Source of the DNA: a virus
Lineage: Duplodnaviria; Caudoviricetes
Length of the DNA: 64,000 bases
Virus record (IMG/VR): IMGVR_UViG_3300025867_000008
Location: 1 to 64,000 of that record
Strand: one strand, 5' to 3'
The notes under the pieces were generated by a model, which searched no databases, was not told the DNA's origin, and was given only the letters and a program-made list of their open reading frames with translations. The translations under genes were made by a program, and so were the position numbers. Below are positions 39,556 through 48,334 of the stretch, in pieces (the first letter of the stretch is position 1; the number at the start of each line of letters is the position of its first letter).

Positions 39556-40359
39556 TTATTTTTTCAGATAATTTCTAATTACATTCAAAACATAATTTTT
39601 ATCATAGAGATTTTTTTCACAAAAATCATCAAAAACGTCACTTCTCACGACTTTAGTTACAGTTAAATCTTCCCCAAGATAAGCTATAAAGAATGATATT
39701 ATTTTTTCTTCGTCTGTTCGATGATCGGAATCAACCATTCCTGCTGCAAATTTATTTGGATTATAATAAACAACACCCTTACCTGGGTATTTCTTCGCCA
39801 TTTTACTTTCTTTAATCATCTTGAAGGATTTAAATCTCATTACTCTTTCTTCGATTTTTTCTGGTTGAATTTGTGGTTCTTCTTCCTGTTGTGGTTGCTG
39901 AGCTTTTTGTTGAACACCTCTATTTTGAGGTTTTCCTTGTTGTGGTTTAGATTTTTGTTCTATCTTTTGAACAGTGTTATTAGCTACATCTTTACTTATT
40001 TCCATATCAAAGAATTCACCACCGCGAATTTCACCTCCTTCTATTTTGCCTTTAATGAATCTTCCACCAAATATCAAACCGTTTTTAAATATACCATTAT
40101 ACCAAGTTCCATTATACCATACACCACCTTCCCATGTTCCATATTTCCACTGTCCGTCTCTAAACACACCATATACCCAAGTACCATTGAAGAAAACTCC
40201 AGAATTAAAAACTAATGTGTTCTTAAGTATTTCTATTCTACAATTTTCAACTTCGCAATCCAAAAACCATTCAAAACCTTCTTTAACAAGAATTTCATTT
40301 ATCTTGTAAGTTTCTGTGAAAATTTTATCTTGGAATCGCAATTCCTTATATCTCTTCAT
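39556..40359 (-). CDS. Hypothetical with G-x-(W/F) pentapeptide repeats and an internal CTS-like element
   Basis: GVFFN GTWVY GVFRD GQWKY GTWEG GVWYN GTWYN GIFKN; IEERVMRFKSFKMIKES. Confidence 0.75.
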   Translation of the reverse strand: MKRYKELRFQDKIFTETYKINEILVKEGFEWFLDCEVENCRIEILKNTLVFNSGVFFNGTWVYGVFRDGQWKYGTWEGGVWYNGTWYNGIFKNGLIFGGRFIKGKIEGGEIRGGEFFDMEISKDVANNTVQKIEQKSKPQQGKPQNRGVQQKAQQPQQEEEPQIQPEKIEERVMRFKSFKMIKESKMAKKYPGKGVVYYNPNKFAAGMVDSDHRTDEEKIISFFIAYLGEDLTVTKVVRSDVFDDFCEKNLYDKNYVLNVIRNYLKK

Positions 40360-40371
40360 ATTTGATTATTT

Positions 40372-40614
40372 TTATATTTTTTGAAATTGAATATCTAGTT
40401 CAAATTTTTTCAGTCCCCATCCCTTATTTACAACTCTGCCATTTTTATCTTTGATATAAAACATATCAGTTCCTAGATTGTTTTCTTTTGATGATATTTC
40501 ATATGTTTCTCCTTTTCTTGTAAGATCCATATAATTAGATTTTGACTTCAATTGATCACCAACTTCATAATCTTCGTTTAAAAAATCTGAAAATTTTGTT
40601 TTGATATTATTCAT
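40372..40614 (-). CDS. Small beta-barrel-like hypothetical, CTS-like leader
   Basis: IKTKFSDFLNE-DYEVGDQL. Confidence 0.7.
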   Translation of the reverse strand: MNNIKTKFSDFLNEDYEVGDQLKSKSNYMDLTRKGETYEISSKENNLGTDMFYIKDKNGRVVNKGWGLKKFELDIQFQKI

Positions 40615-40658
40615 GGTGTTGAACTTTTTTTTATTATATATTATTTTTTAAAAATAGA

Positions 40659-41570
40659 TTAAAATAATGGCACATGTTGATAATATCGCCAATTAACTGT
40701 TGGTTTTTCCCTTTTACCATAAAGATCTGTTAAATATTTCTCTTTTTTATTATAATAATGAAAAGTATCCATATAAGGATTAAAAGCACCGCCATAATCT
40801 CCTTTTATATAAACTTTCTTTGGTATAGGTTTATAAATGCCTTCAACCCATGAAGCTGGATTATCATAACTCAACCAACCATTTTTTTTAGCATATTCCC
40901 CAAAAAGATTTCTTATTTTATAATCTCTAGTATATATTCTATCCATGTAAACACTGTTAGCAGGTTCATCTAAAAACCAGACAAGAGCTCTTCCCATTAA
41001 TTTATTATTCTCGTCCGTGTAAATTAAAAGATTTATTTTATCGGGATTATTTTTATATATTCTAAATGTTATACGACTTAACATTCTACTAATTGGATTT
41101 TTTTCTATAACCATACAAGATTTTACACAATTGGATTTTATATTTTCTTTTCTATACCATTTCCTTATTTCTTCTCCTTTAACTAATTTGAAATTCCCCA
41201 TAAGTTTTTGAATATTCATACCGTAATACATTTTGTATAAATAAACCATTCTTTCTATCTCATTATCTTTGCACTTTTGAAAAATTTTTTTAAATAATTT
41301 TCCAACTTTCATTTCTTGTCTAAATTTATTATTATATTTATCAGTGCGCGGATCTAATAGATGAATTTTATTCTTCGGCAAATATGATATAACGTCATCT
41401 TCTTTTGTATGTGATATGTAATCAATTTCATTTGAATATACCGCGACATTTAATAATTTCATATCCAAAAATATATAACAAAATATACGATCATAAGTAA
41501 TTTTATCAAAAGAAATGCCATCGGAATAACTTTCGTTTAAAGCTCTAAAATTTTCAAATCTTTTTATCAT
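40659..41570 (-). CDS. SCM/GRALVW/MDRIY family protein (paralog 3)
   Basis: MIKRFENFRALNES; KSCM, GRALVWFL, YMDRIY, PYMDT. Confidence 0.8.
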   Translation of the reverse strand: MIKRFENFRALNESYSDGISFDKITYDRIFCYIFLDMKLLNVAVYSNEIDYISHTKEDDVISYLPKNKIHLLDPRTDKYNNKFRQEMKVGKLFKKIFQKCKDNEIERMVYLYKMYYGMNIQKLMGNFKLVKGEEIRKWYRKENIKSNCVKSCMVIEKNPISRMLSRITFRIYKNNPDKINLLIYTDENNKLMGRALVWFLDEPANSVYMDRIYTRDYKIRNLFGEYAKKNGWLSYDNPASWVEGIYKPIPKKVYIKGDYGGAFNPYMDTFHYYNKKEKYLTDLYGKREKPTVNWRYYQHVPLF

Positions 41571-41645
41571 GCCACTATATATAAAAAAATTAATTTAAAC
41601 TTCGCTATAATTAATATATAAAAGCAAGAAAAATAAACTATTGAT

Positions 41646-42536
41646 ATGCTATCAAATAAGAAATTCCAAAATAATGAAACACAAGAAATTGTAGCCATCG
41701 TTGGAGACAATGGTGTTTTTTATAGTCTAAGCAGCGGAGCAAATATTAAAAAAGATATTTTCTTTCAAAAATATTCAGAGATGGTTGATCCATCTTCTTT
41801 TTTTCAACAACAAAGTGCAGCTGGATTACAAAATTTAACCGAACAACTCAGAAGTATTGATTCTAGTAAAGTTCAAGACATAGGTGGAAATATTCCTCCA
41901 TCAGTGAAAGTGAATCAAGAATCGGTGGCAGAGCAATTACAAGCTCCACCCGAATATAGAGATATGTTGATGAAAAAGTATCAATATGAGCAAGAGCATA
42001 AAGATTTATCTCAATATAAGGTATTTGAAAATGAAGATGAAGCAGCGGATGATTGGGAAAGAAAAATAAAAGCCAGTCAACAACCCGCCCCCCAAAGACC
42101 AAGACCAAGACCTCCACAAATGGAACAAACACAACAGTTCGCGCCGCCAGTCGAACCTATAATGGAAAATGCTCAAGTTCAACAATCGCCCGTATATATG
42201 TCCGCTGAGGAAGAAGCTTTTAGATTTTTCAAATCTTTTAAAAGAATACATCCTATTAGCGTAGAGGTATCATTCGATGAAAAGATAGCTCAACCAGATT
42301 TTATTCGTATGATGGTTGTTAATTATGAAGGTGATATTATTAAATATTACACTAAAGAAATTATGAATAGAATCTATAATGATCCTGGTTTCTTGGAAAA
42401 TAAGATATACGAAAAACTAAAATCAATCATCTTCGAAGAATCCGCCAAAAAAGAAGAGCAAAAACCAGTAGAACCAAAACCAAAACAACCAAGAAAACCA
42501 AGAGCTACTAAAAAATCAAATATTAATAATGGATAA
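41646..42536 (+). CDS. Hypothetical protein
   Basis: 296 aa; N-terminal domain ending VDPSSFF resembles the C-terminal domain of 319..732. Confidence 0.75.
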   Translation: MLSNKKFQNNETQEIVAIVGDNGVFYSLSSGANIKKDIFFQKYSEMVDPSSFFQQQSAAGLQNLTEQLRSIDSSKVQDIGGNIPPSVKVNQESVAEQLQAPPEYRDMLMKKYQYEQEHKDLSQYKVFENEDEAADDWERKIKASQQPAPQRPRPRPPQMEQTQQFAPPVEPIMENAQVQQSPVYMSAEEEAFRFFKSFKRIHPISVEVSFDEKIAQPDFIRMMVVNYEGDIIKYYTKEIMNRIYNDPGFLENKIYEKLKSIIFEESAKKEEQKPVEPKPKQPRKPRATKKSNINNG

Positions 42537-42882
42537 AATATTTATCGAACAAGCAAAAAACATAAGACGTTCATACATAAAAGTATCTGAAGATATAACA
42601 AAATCTGAAGAAAAAATTGAATTTTTCAAACAAGAACTCAAGCGATTGCAAGAAGAATTAAATGCTGATATGAACGAACAATTGGTTATAGAAAAAGCAG
42701 CAGAAATAGAAAAGAATCTAAAATTGATTCAAGATATAATAATTCCATTAGAAGAAAAAATAGTGAAGCTGCAAAAAGATGCCGATAAATTATTCGAAAA
42801 TATTAAAGATCGTTATCCAAATATAACCGTCGAAGAAATTCAAAATTCTCTTATTCCGTATTTAGAAAAAATTCAATTTTAA
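42529..42882 (+). CDS. Coiled-coil hypothetical protein
   Basis: Heptad pattern, operon context. Confidence 0.7.
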   Translation: MDKIFIEQAKNIRRSYIKVSEDITKSEEKIEFFKQELKRLQEELNADMNEQLVIEKAAEIEKNLKLIQDIIIPLEEKIVKLQKDADKLFENIKDRYPNITVEEIQNSLIPYLEKIQF

Positions 42883-43214
42883 TGGATAAAATTATAGATA
42901 TTACTAGTGTTCCAAAACATATGATAGGATATGTCATTGTAAGTGAAATATTTGATATTAGAGATTCTTTTTATTTTGATGAAGAGCCAACTGAATATAA
43001 AGAACTATCATTGAATTTAAAAGTTTTTGATGCAATGAGAGAAGTTAATTTTATATTTTCAAAAGACGTTGGTGTATTGGAAGATATAAAAGAGCGTAAG
43101 AAAATTGGAATTTTAATGAATTTTGAAGTTTATCTAGATCCATCTTTGCCAGAAGATGTTGTTATTCTTCATCATCCAGAAAAAGAAAGAGTGGAGATAA
43201 AAATTAAATTTTAA
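42882..43214 (+). CDS. Hypothetical protein
   Basis: 110-aa ORF, TAATG coupling. Confidence 0.65.
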   Translation: MDKIIDITSVPKHMIGYVIVSEIFDIRDSFYFDEEPTEYKELSLNLKVFDAMREVNFIFSKDVGVLEDIKERKKIGILMNFEVYLDPSLPEDVVILHHPEKERVEIKIKF

Positions 43215-43318
43215 ATTTTTTTATTTGTCAATTATTTCTTATTTTTGTAGAACAAAATAGAAAAATCAGACTATAATTATAAAATATATAGTCGTAGAGG
43301 AAAGTTCTTTGATTTAAT

Positions 43319-43706
43319 GGGTCCGTCCAGGCTTTAGACAGCAGGGAGTAATAGCGAAATTGCAAGTATCGCAATGTCTATAAAGCGATTAATTAAATTT
43401 GTAGGTAAACAATAAATGGCAATTATAAAATGAACGCTGAGAATATGATGAGTATTCCAACTTCTTTAACAGGCAAAGTTGCCGCTGAATCTTTTGTTGA
43501 AGATGTTGTTTTAGCGTAAGCCGAAGCAAAATTCAGTGAAACTCTATTCGATAAAATCCGTTTAGAGTATAAACATTAACGGTTTCGGGGTTTTCAAATT
43601 AGACCAATCAAATTTGATATTTTGTTAATAGTAGAAAAATTAAATAAACTTGTAGTATATTTCTTAAAAGCTTTGTTGGACGGGGGTTCAACTCCCCCCG
43701 GATCCA
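43319..43706 (+). ncRNA. ssrA: tmRNA (transfer-messenger RNA)
   Basis: Acceptor stem GGGTCCG/CGGATCC with G3-U wobble and discriminator A; T arm GGGGG-TTCAACT-CCCCC; tag ORF 43418-43519 after ATAAAT; CCA not encoded. Confidence 0.92.
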
Positions 43707-43714
43707 CGTAATTG

Positions 43715-43747
43715 AAAACCAATCGTTTACAAACGATTGGTTTTTTT
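43715..43747 (+). terminator. Intrinsic terminator after the tmRNA
   Basis: AAAACCAATCGTTT-ac-AAACGATTGGTTTT followed by a T run. Confidence 0.8.
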
Positions 43748-43780
43748 GCGATTTAGTATTGCAAATAAAAAAAGAGGACT

Positions 43781-44302
43781 TTATGTCCTCTTTTTTTCAT
43801 AAATTTCGTAGGTATAATCATACTCATTTTTATCATCTTTTTTGTGATCTTCTTTAAAGATGATTTTCCATTCATTTTCATCTATATCTGGAAAATAAGT
43901 ATCCCCTTCTATATTTATATGTATTTTTGTTATATAGAGTTTTTGAGCATGTGGAAGAAATTGTTTATAAATTGATCCACCACCAATAATAAAAATTTCT
44001 TCATCTGATTCTTTTAATCCATTTTTAAAATTTTTAGGCATATCCATTGCTTGTTCTATTGATTTAGCTAGATATGCTCCATAAGGAGGTGTAAATTTCG
44101 GATCATCAGATATTATAATATTCATTCTATTGGGAAGAAGTTTTCCAATAGACTCGTGTGTTTTTTGCCCCATTATAACTGGATGACCCGTAGTAATATC
44201 TTTAAAACGTTTTAAATCAGCTGATTGCTTCCACAAAAGTTCATTATTTTTCCCTATTGCTCCATTATCAGCTATCGATACTATTATGCTTATATTTTTC
44301 AT
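43781..44302 (-). CDS. folA: Dihydrofolate reductase
   Basis: AIGKNNELLW..DLKRFK, VIMGQKT, LPNR, IIGGGSIY, GDTYFP. Confidence 0.95.
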   Translation of the reverse strand: MKNISIIVSIADNGAIGKNNELLWKQSADLKRFKDITTGHPVIMGQKTHESIGKLLPNRMNIIISDDPKFTPPYGAYLAKSIEQAMDMPKNFKNGLKESDEEIFIIGGGSIYKQFLPHAQKLYITKIHINIEGDTYFPDIDENEWKIIFKEDHKKDDKNEYDYTYEIYEKKRT

Positions 44303-44344
44303 GATTTTAAATTTTAAAAAGGGGGATATGAAACCCCCCTTTGA

Positions 44345-44635
44345 TTAGACATCTAATGATTGTTTAAGAACATCCAATTTGTTTTGATAATGTTCATTAA
44401 TTTCGTTTGTGTTGAAAAGAAATTCGGCTTGTTCTATCGCTAAACGCATATCAGCAATTCTTTCACATACATCATTATAAGTAGAAGCATAATTTAAATA
44501 ATCTTCTTTGATGTTGGTTTTCTTAAACTCCTGAATGGCAATTGCTGTAAGCAAGCTCTTTTCGGCGATCATGTCCAATTGGGTTTCCTCTCCCAATTTT
44601 TCAACAGCGGTTCTCATTAAATTTTTGTTTTCCAT
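44345..44635 (-). CDS. Possible degenerate MazG-like all-alpha protein
   Basis: GEETQLDMIAEK...ERIADMRLAIEQ resembles the EE..E / EE.AD pattern with acidic residues lost. Confidence 0.35.
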   Translation of the reverse strand: MENKNLMRTAVEKLGEETQLDMIAEKSLLTAIAIQEFKKTNIKEDYLNYASTYNDVCERIADMRLAIEQAEFLFNTNEINEHYQNKLDVLKQSLDV

Positions 44636-44784
44636 AGTTTTATAGTTTATATAAGTTTTTCAATTTTTTCTCTGACATATGATTTTAATTTTTTCGTCAT
44701 ATTTTATATGATTACAATTCTACGGAGTTTAAAAAAATCGGAATTTTAGAATTAATATATAAAGAAAATAAAAGTTTTCAACGA

Positions 44785-45237
44785 ATGAATAATCTTATAT
44801 CTTATGATAATTTTTTAAATGAAGGTATTTTTAGATCGGATGAAGATGATATAGCTCAGAAATTATATGATGCTATAAGTAGAATGCCAAATAATAGAAT
44901 AACTGGTGAATTGAGATCCGGTAGTAGTTTTTTTGAAATCGCTTTAAGAGTTGGTGAAAATGAAATTAAATCCAATGATCCTTATAGTGAAGAAAATTGG
45001 GGAAACGCTGTTGAAGTGAGATCGGATTATGAGGAAGGGGATGTCTATAGATCAATTATTCCAATTCCCATATATAGTTTAACGATTAATGGTGAAGATT
45101 TAAAAGCTAGTTATAGAATGAGAATAAAAGTTCACAATTTGATGAAAAGTAAATTTAGAAGAAGCAGAAAAGCCGTTGAATTGGCAGCGGACGAAGAAAG
45201 AAAAAGAGCTTTAAGAGGAGCGATAGAAAATTTATGA
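44785..45237 (+). CDS. Tandem family member 1 (CTS-like leader plus DPYSEENW)
   Basis: MNNLISYDNFLNEG; YSLTINGE. Confidence 0.8.
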   Translation: MNNLISYDNFLNEGIFRSDEDDIAQKLYDAISRMPNNRITGELRSGSSFFEIALRVGENEIKSNDPYSEENWGNAVEVRSDYEEGDVYRSIIPIPIYSLTINGEDLKASYRMRIKVHNLMKSKFRRSRKAVELAADEERKRALRGAIENL

Positions 45238-45650
45238 ACAATTTAAAAGCATATGGCGATTTTATAAATGAGGGATTGTTTAGTTCTAAATACAAACATG
45301 TAGTAGATAAAATATATGATTATATAATGAAAATGGATCCTAGTAACATCACGATAGACAATCTCAGTTTTTATGATACAATTGTTTTTGTAATTAAAAA
45401 AGAGCAGAACAAAGATGTTGATCCTTATGGAGAAGAAACTTGGGATGAAGATGTTGAAATAAAATTATCAAAGGATTTTGTGGCGTGTGTAGATAGATAT
45501 TACGACTACTATCTTTTTGTAAATGGAGATAAAGTAAAAACAACAAATCATGAAGCTGGAAAATTATATAGGGCGGCAATCAGAAGAATTAAGAGAAAAG
45601 CACAAGACGAAAAAAATGCTAGAATAAATAAAGCAATAAAATATATATGA
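45234..45650 (+). CDS. Tandem family member 2 (CTS-like leader plus DPYGEETW)
   Basis: MNNLKAYGDFINEG; YYLFVNGD. Confidence 0.8.
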   Translation: MNNLKAYGDFINEGLFSSKYKHVVDKIYDYIMKMDPSNITIDNLSFYDTIVFVIKKEQNKDVDPYGEETWDEDVEIKLSKDFVACVDRYYDYYLFVNGDKVKTTNHEAGKLYRAAIRRIKRKAQDEKNARINKAIKYI

Positions 45651-46081
45651 ACAATTTAATAACATATGATGAATTTTTAAATGAGGGATTGTTTACTTCT
45701 TCGAGGTATGAAAAACTTTTGACGAAATTACGTGAACATATTGATAAAATGAATCCTGATGATATAGGAGGAAGAGGTCGGATTTTCACGTTTACTATAA
45801 AAAAATCCGCTAAAAATCCAGATGACCCATACGGTGAGGAAAATTGGGGCGATGATATAAATATTCGAGTAGAATTAAGAGTCGACGATGAGGGTGATAA
45901 AAAATATTCACTTTATATAAACGATGAAATAATAAATGTGTCTAAAGGTGAAGCTAAAAGTTTATGGAAATATATAAATCATAAGAAAGAATCTTATAAT
46001 CGTCTTGCTGCAGCTAGAGCCAAAAAACAAAAAGATGTAGAAGAAGAAGAGCGTATAAAAAAATACTTAGATGCTTTATGA
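45647..46081 (+). CDS. Tandem family member 3 (CTS-like leader plus DPYGEENW)
   Basis: MNNLITYDEFLNEG; YSLYINDE. Confidence 0.8.
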   Translation: MNNLITYDEFLNEGLFTSSRYEKLLTKLREHIDKMNPDDIGGRGRIFTFTIKKSAKNPDDPYGEENWGDDINIRVELRVDDEGDKKYSLYINDEIINVSKGEAKSLWKYINHKKESYNRLAAARAKKQKDVEEEERIKKYLDAL

Positions 46082-46464
46082 AAAATTTAAAAACATATGA
46101 CAATTTTATAAATGAAGGATTATTCTCTTCAAAATATAAAAAACTTTTGAATAAAATCCACGATTATATTATTGATATGGATTTAAATGACATTAGACAT
46201 GAAATTGATAGTTATCATTTCATTATGAAAAAAGATGATGAAAATATGAAAAATATAGAAGTGGTAATTATACGAAAAATTTCATTTGAATTCTGCAAAG
46301 ATTTTGATTATTCATTAAAAATAAATGGTGATGTAGTTGATGGTGTGAGTAATTATAGCGTTTGGAAATTATGGGATTTGATAGAAAAATTAAAAAATAA
46401 AAGAGAAAAATTAAGAAATAGTGAAAATGATCCTTATGGTGAAGAGCAATGGGGAGATGATTAA
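46078..46464 (+). CDS. Tandem family member 4 (CTS-like leader; DPYGEEQW at the C-terminus)
   Basis: MKNLKTYDNFINEG; YSLKINGD; ends ENDPYGEEQWGDD. Confidence 0.8.
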   Translation: MKNLKTYDNFINEGLFSSKYKKLLNKIHDYIIDMDLNDIRHEIDSYHFIMKKDDENMKNIEVVIIRKISFEFCKDFDYSLKINGDVVDGVSNYSVWKLWDLIEKLKNKREKLRNSENDPYGEEQWGDD

Positions 46465-46531
46465 ATAGAAGATTCGCTAATAGAACGAGAGATGAAAAAG
46501 AATTAAGAATAAAAAACATAGCTAATAAATT

Positions 46532-47113
46532 ATGAACAATCTATCAACATATGACAATTTCATAAATGAGGGTTTATTTTTTGGTAAAAAGAAACCAAAA
46601 GAAGAATACGAGCAAGACGACGATTTAATTTATCAGATAATTAATAAATTGGAGAAAGGAATTAATTTAAGATTTTTAAAATACGATTGTCAATATCATT
46701 ATTCTGCTATAAAAACTAATGACAGGAGAGATATATTATCTTATACGTATAGAATTACTAAAAATAAATTAAATCCATTAGATCCATATGGTGAGGAGCA
46801 GTGGGGGGATGAAACTGAAAATATAATGGAATTAGTAATTAAAATTAGTAGAGAAAGAGAAGATTCTGATAAAAATAAGAGAGTTATAAAAATAAATTCT
46901 GTCGAGCAAACAGTGAGTGATAAAGCTTTCTATAAATTATGGAATATATTTGAAAATGCAGAAAGTATAGAAAAAGAAAGATTAAAAAAAGAAGCTGAAA
47001 GAATAAGATTAGAAAAGCTAAAAGAAGAAGACGAAAGAAGGCGAGAGAGAAGCGCTGCTGTAAAATCTTCTTTTATGGATTTTCTAAAAGAATATCATAA
47101 AAATAGATTATAA
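46532..47113 (+). CDS. Tandem family member 5 (CTS-like leader plus DPYGEEQW)
   Basis: MNNLSTYDNFINEG; RVIKINSV. Confidence 0.8.
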   Translation: MNNLSTYDNFINEGLFFGKKKPKEEYEQDDDLIYQIINKLEKGINLRFLKYDCQYHYSAIKTNDRRDILSYTYRITKNKLNPLDPYGEEQWGDETENIMELVIKISREREDSDKNKRVIKINSVEQTVSDKAFYKLWNIFENAESIEKERLKKEAERIRLEKLKEEDERRRERSAAVKSSFMDFLKEYHKNRL

Positions 47114-47158
47114 AAAATTAATATATAAAGACAATATTAAAAAATAAATCATAAAACC

Positions 47159-47620
47159 ATGGCAAAAGAAAAAATAGGAAATCTATTAAAATTTACAGAA
47201 TATGATCATCTTCAACCAAAACAAACTCCAACCAAAAAGACAGAAGTTGGTGGTTTTGCTGTTTTGGAAAGTAAAGAAGAATTGATCGCTAAATTAGTTA
47301 AGAAAACTGGAAAAAAGAAAAAAAAGTTTTCAAACTTAACTGAAGAAGAGTTGAAGAAAAAACTCAAGAAATTAAAGAAAAAGGCAAAAACAGAAAAAAT
47401 AGAAAAGTTTGACGATAAAGCCGAAGATAAAGCAGCGAAGCCCGAAGAGAAGGTAGAAAAACCAGAGGAGAAAACTGAGAAAGAAGAAGAAAAGAACGAG
47501 TCTTTACTGAATGAGAAAAAAGCTTCTGCAAAACAACTTGCCGCTAGAAAGAAATTCATGGAAATGATCGCTAGTAAAAAAGGTAAGAAAGAAGATAAAG
47601 GATGTGGTTGCAAAAAATAA
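47159..47620 (+). CDS. Lys-rich protein, possible DNA-condensing internal protein
   Basis: GNLLKFTEY; KKTGKKKKK; NESLLNE-KKASAKQLAARKKF. Confidence 0.65.
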   Translation: MAKEKIGNLLKFTEYDHLQPKQTPTKKTEVGGFAVLESKEELIAKLVKKTGKKKKKFSNLTEEELKKKLKKLKKKAKTEKIEKFDDKAEDKAAKPEEKVEKPEEKTEKEEEKNESLLNEKKASAKQLAARKKFMEMIASKKGKKEDKGCGCKK

Positions 47621-47629
47621 TTATTAAAC

Positions 47630-47953
47630 ATGGATAAATTCACAAGCAAAATTGGAAAATTTGAAGAGCATAAATATGCAGACAAAACCAGAAACGACAT
47701 TTACACTTTCATAAAAGAAAATTTGACCGTTAAAATAGATGGTAATAAAGGCTATATTGAAGGTAATGTTGATATATCATTAGATGGTATTGAGCAATTA
47801 ACAGATGTTCTTTATAATTATGTTCAACAAGAAAAAGCAAAGCAAGAAGTTTTGACATTAGAAAACATTAAAGCTAAGGCTTATGTTGGTAATTTCGATG
47901 TTAAAGATATAAACGAACGCATAGAAAATATCAACGAAAAATACAAAGCTTAA
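47630..47953 (+). CDS. Hypothetical protein
   Basis: 107-aa ORF in operon. Confidence 0.7.
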   Translation: MDKFTSKIGKFEEHKYADKTRNDIYTFIKENLTVKIDGNKGYIEGNVDISLDGIEQLTDVLYNYVQQEKAKQEVLTLENIKAKAYVGNFDVKDINERIENINEKYKA

Positions 47954-47975
47954 TATAAAAATATATAAAAATAAA

Positions 47976-48227
47976 ATGAAAATAATAAAATTCGAAGACA
48001 CCATATTAGAAGAGCAAGGCTCAGGTGATCTTCCATCACCATGTATTTGTGGTAGTAAAAAGAAAGTTAAGAAAAGAGCTAAAAAAATGAAAATCAAAAA
48101 CACACCTGGCGTTTTAATGGAAAAATGTGGAGTTTGTGGGGGCATGAAGAAAAAGAAGAGCAAAAAAGAAAAAAAGATGAAATGGTCTTCTGATCTCATG
48201 GTTGAAAAAAAGAGGAAAATGTTGTAA
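47976..48227 (+). CDS. Small Lys/Cys-rich protein, CTS-like leader
   Basis: MKIIKFEDTILEE; CICG..CGVCG; Lys tracts. Confidence 0.65.
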   Translation: MKIIKFEDTILEEQGSGDLPSPCICGSKKKVKKRAKKMKIKNTPGVLMEKCGVCGGMKKKKSKKEKKMKWSSDLMVEKKRKML

Positions 48228-48301
48228 AGGTGTGGAATATGGAAGTATAAGGGATTAGTAAATTAAAAATATTCTATTTTAAATATGCCAACGGTTGAAA
48301 T

Positions 48302-48331
48302 AAAAAACCACTCATTTTGAGTGGTTTTTTT
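48302..48331. terminator. Bidirectional intrinsic terminator
   Basis: AAAAAACCACTCA-ttt-TGAGTGGTTTTTTT between convergent genes. Confidence 0.85.
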
Positions 48332-48334
48332 GTT

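Noticed and set aside
43660-43710. Stand-alone tRNA
   Set aside because: The T arm pairs with the 5' end at 43319 and there is no anticodon arm, so it is the tmRNA 3' end.
44785-47113. Diversity-generating retroelement or integron cassette array
   Set aside because: No reverse transcriptase, TR/VR pair, integrase or attC-like sites; genes are joined by ATGA overlaps.
48205-48258. Frameshifted alternative end of 47976..48227 (VEKRGKCCKGVEYGSIRD) at an A7 run
   Set aside because: Plausible but unsupported; the gain is short and A-runs are common here.
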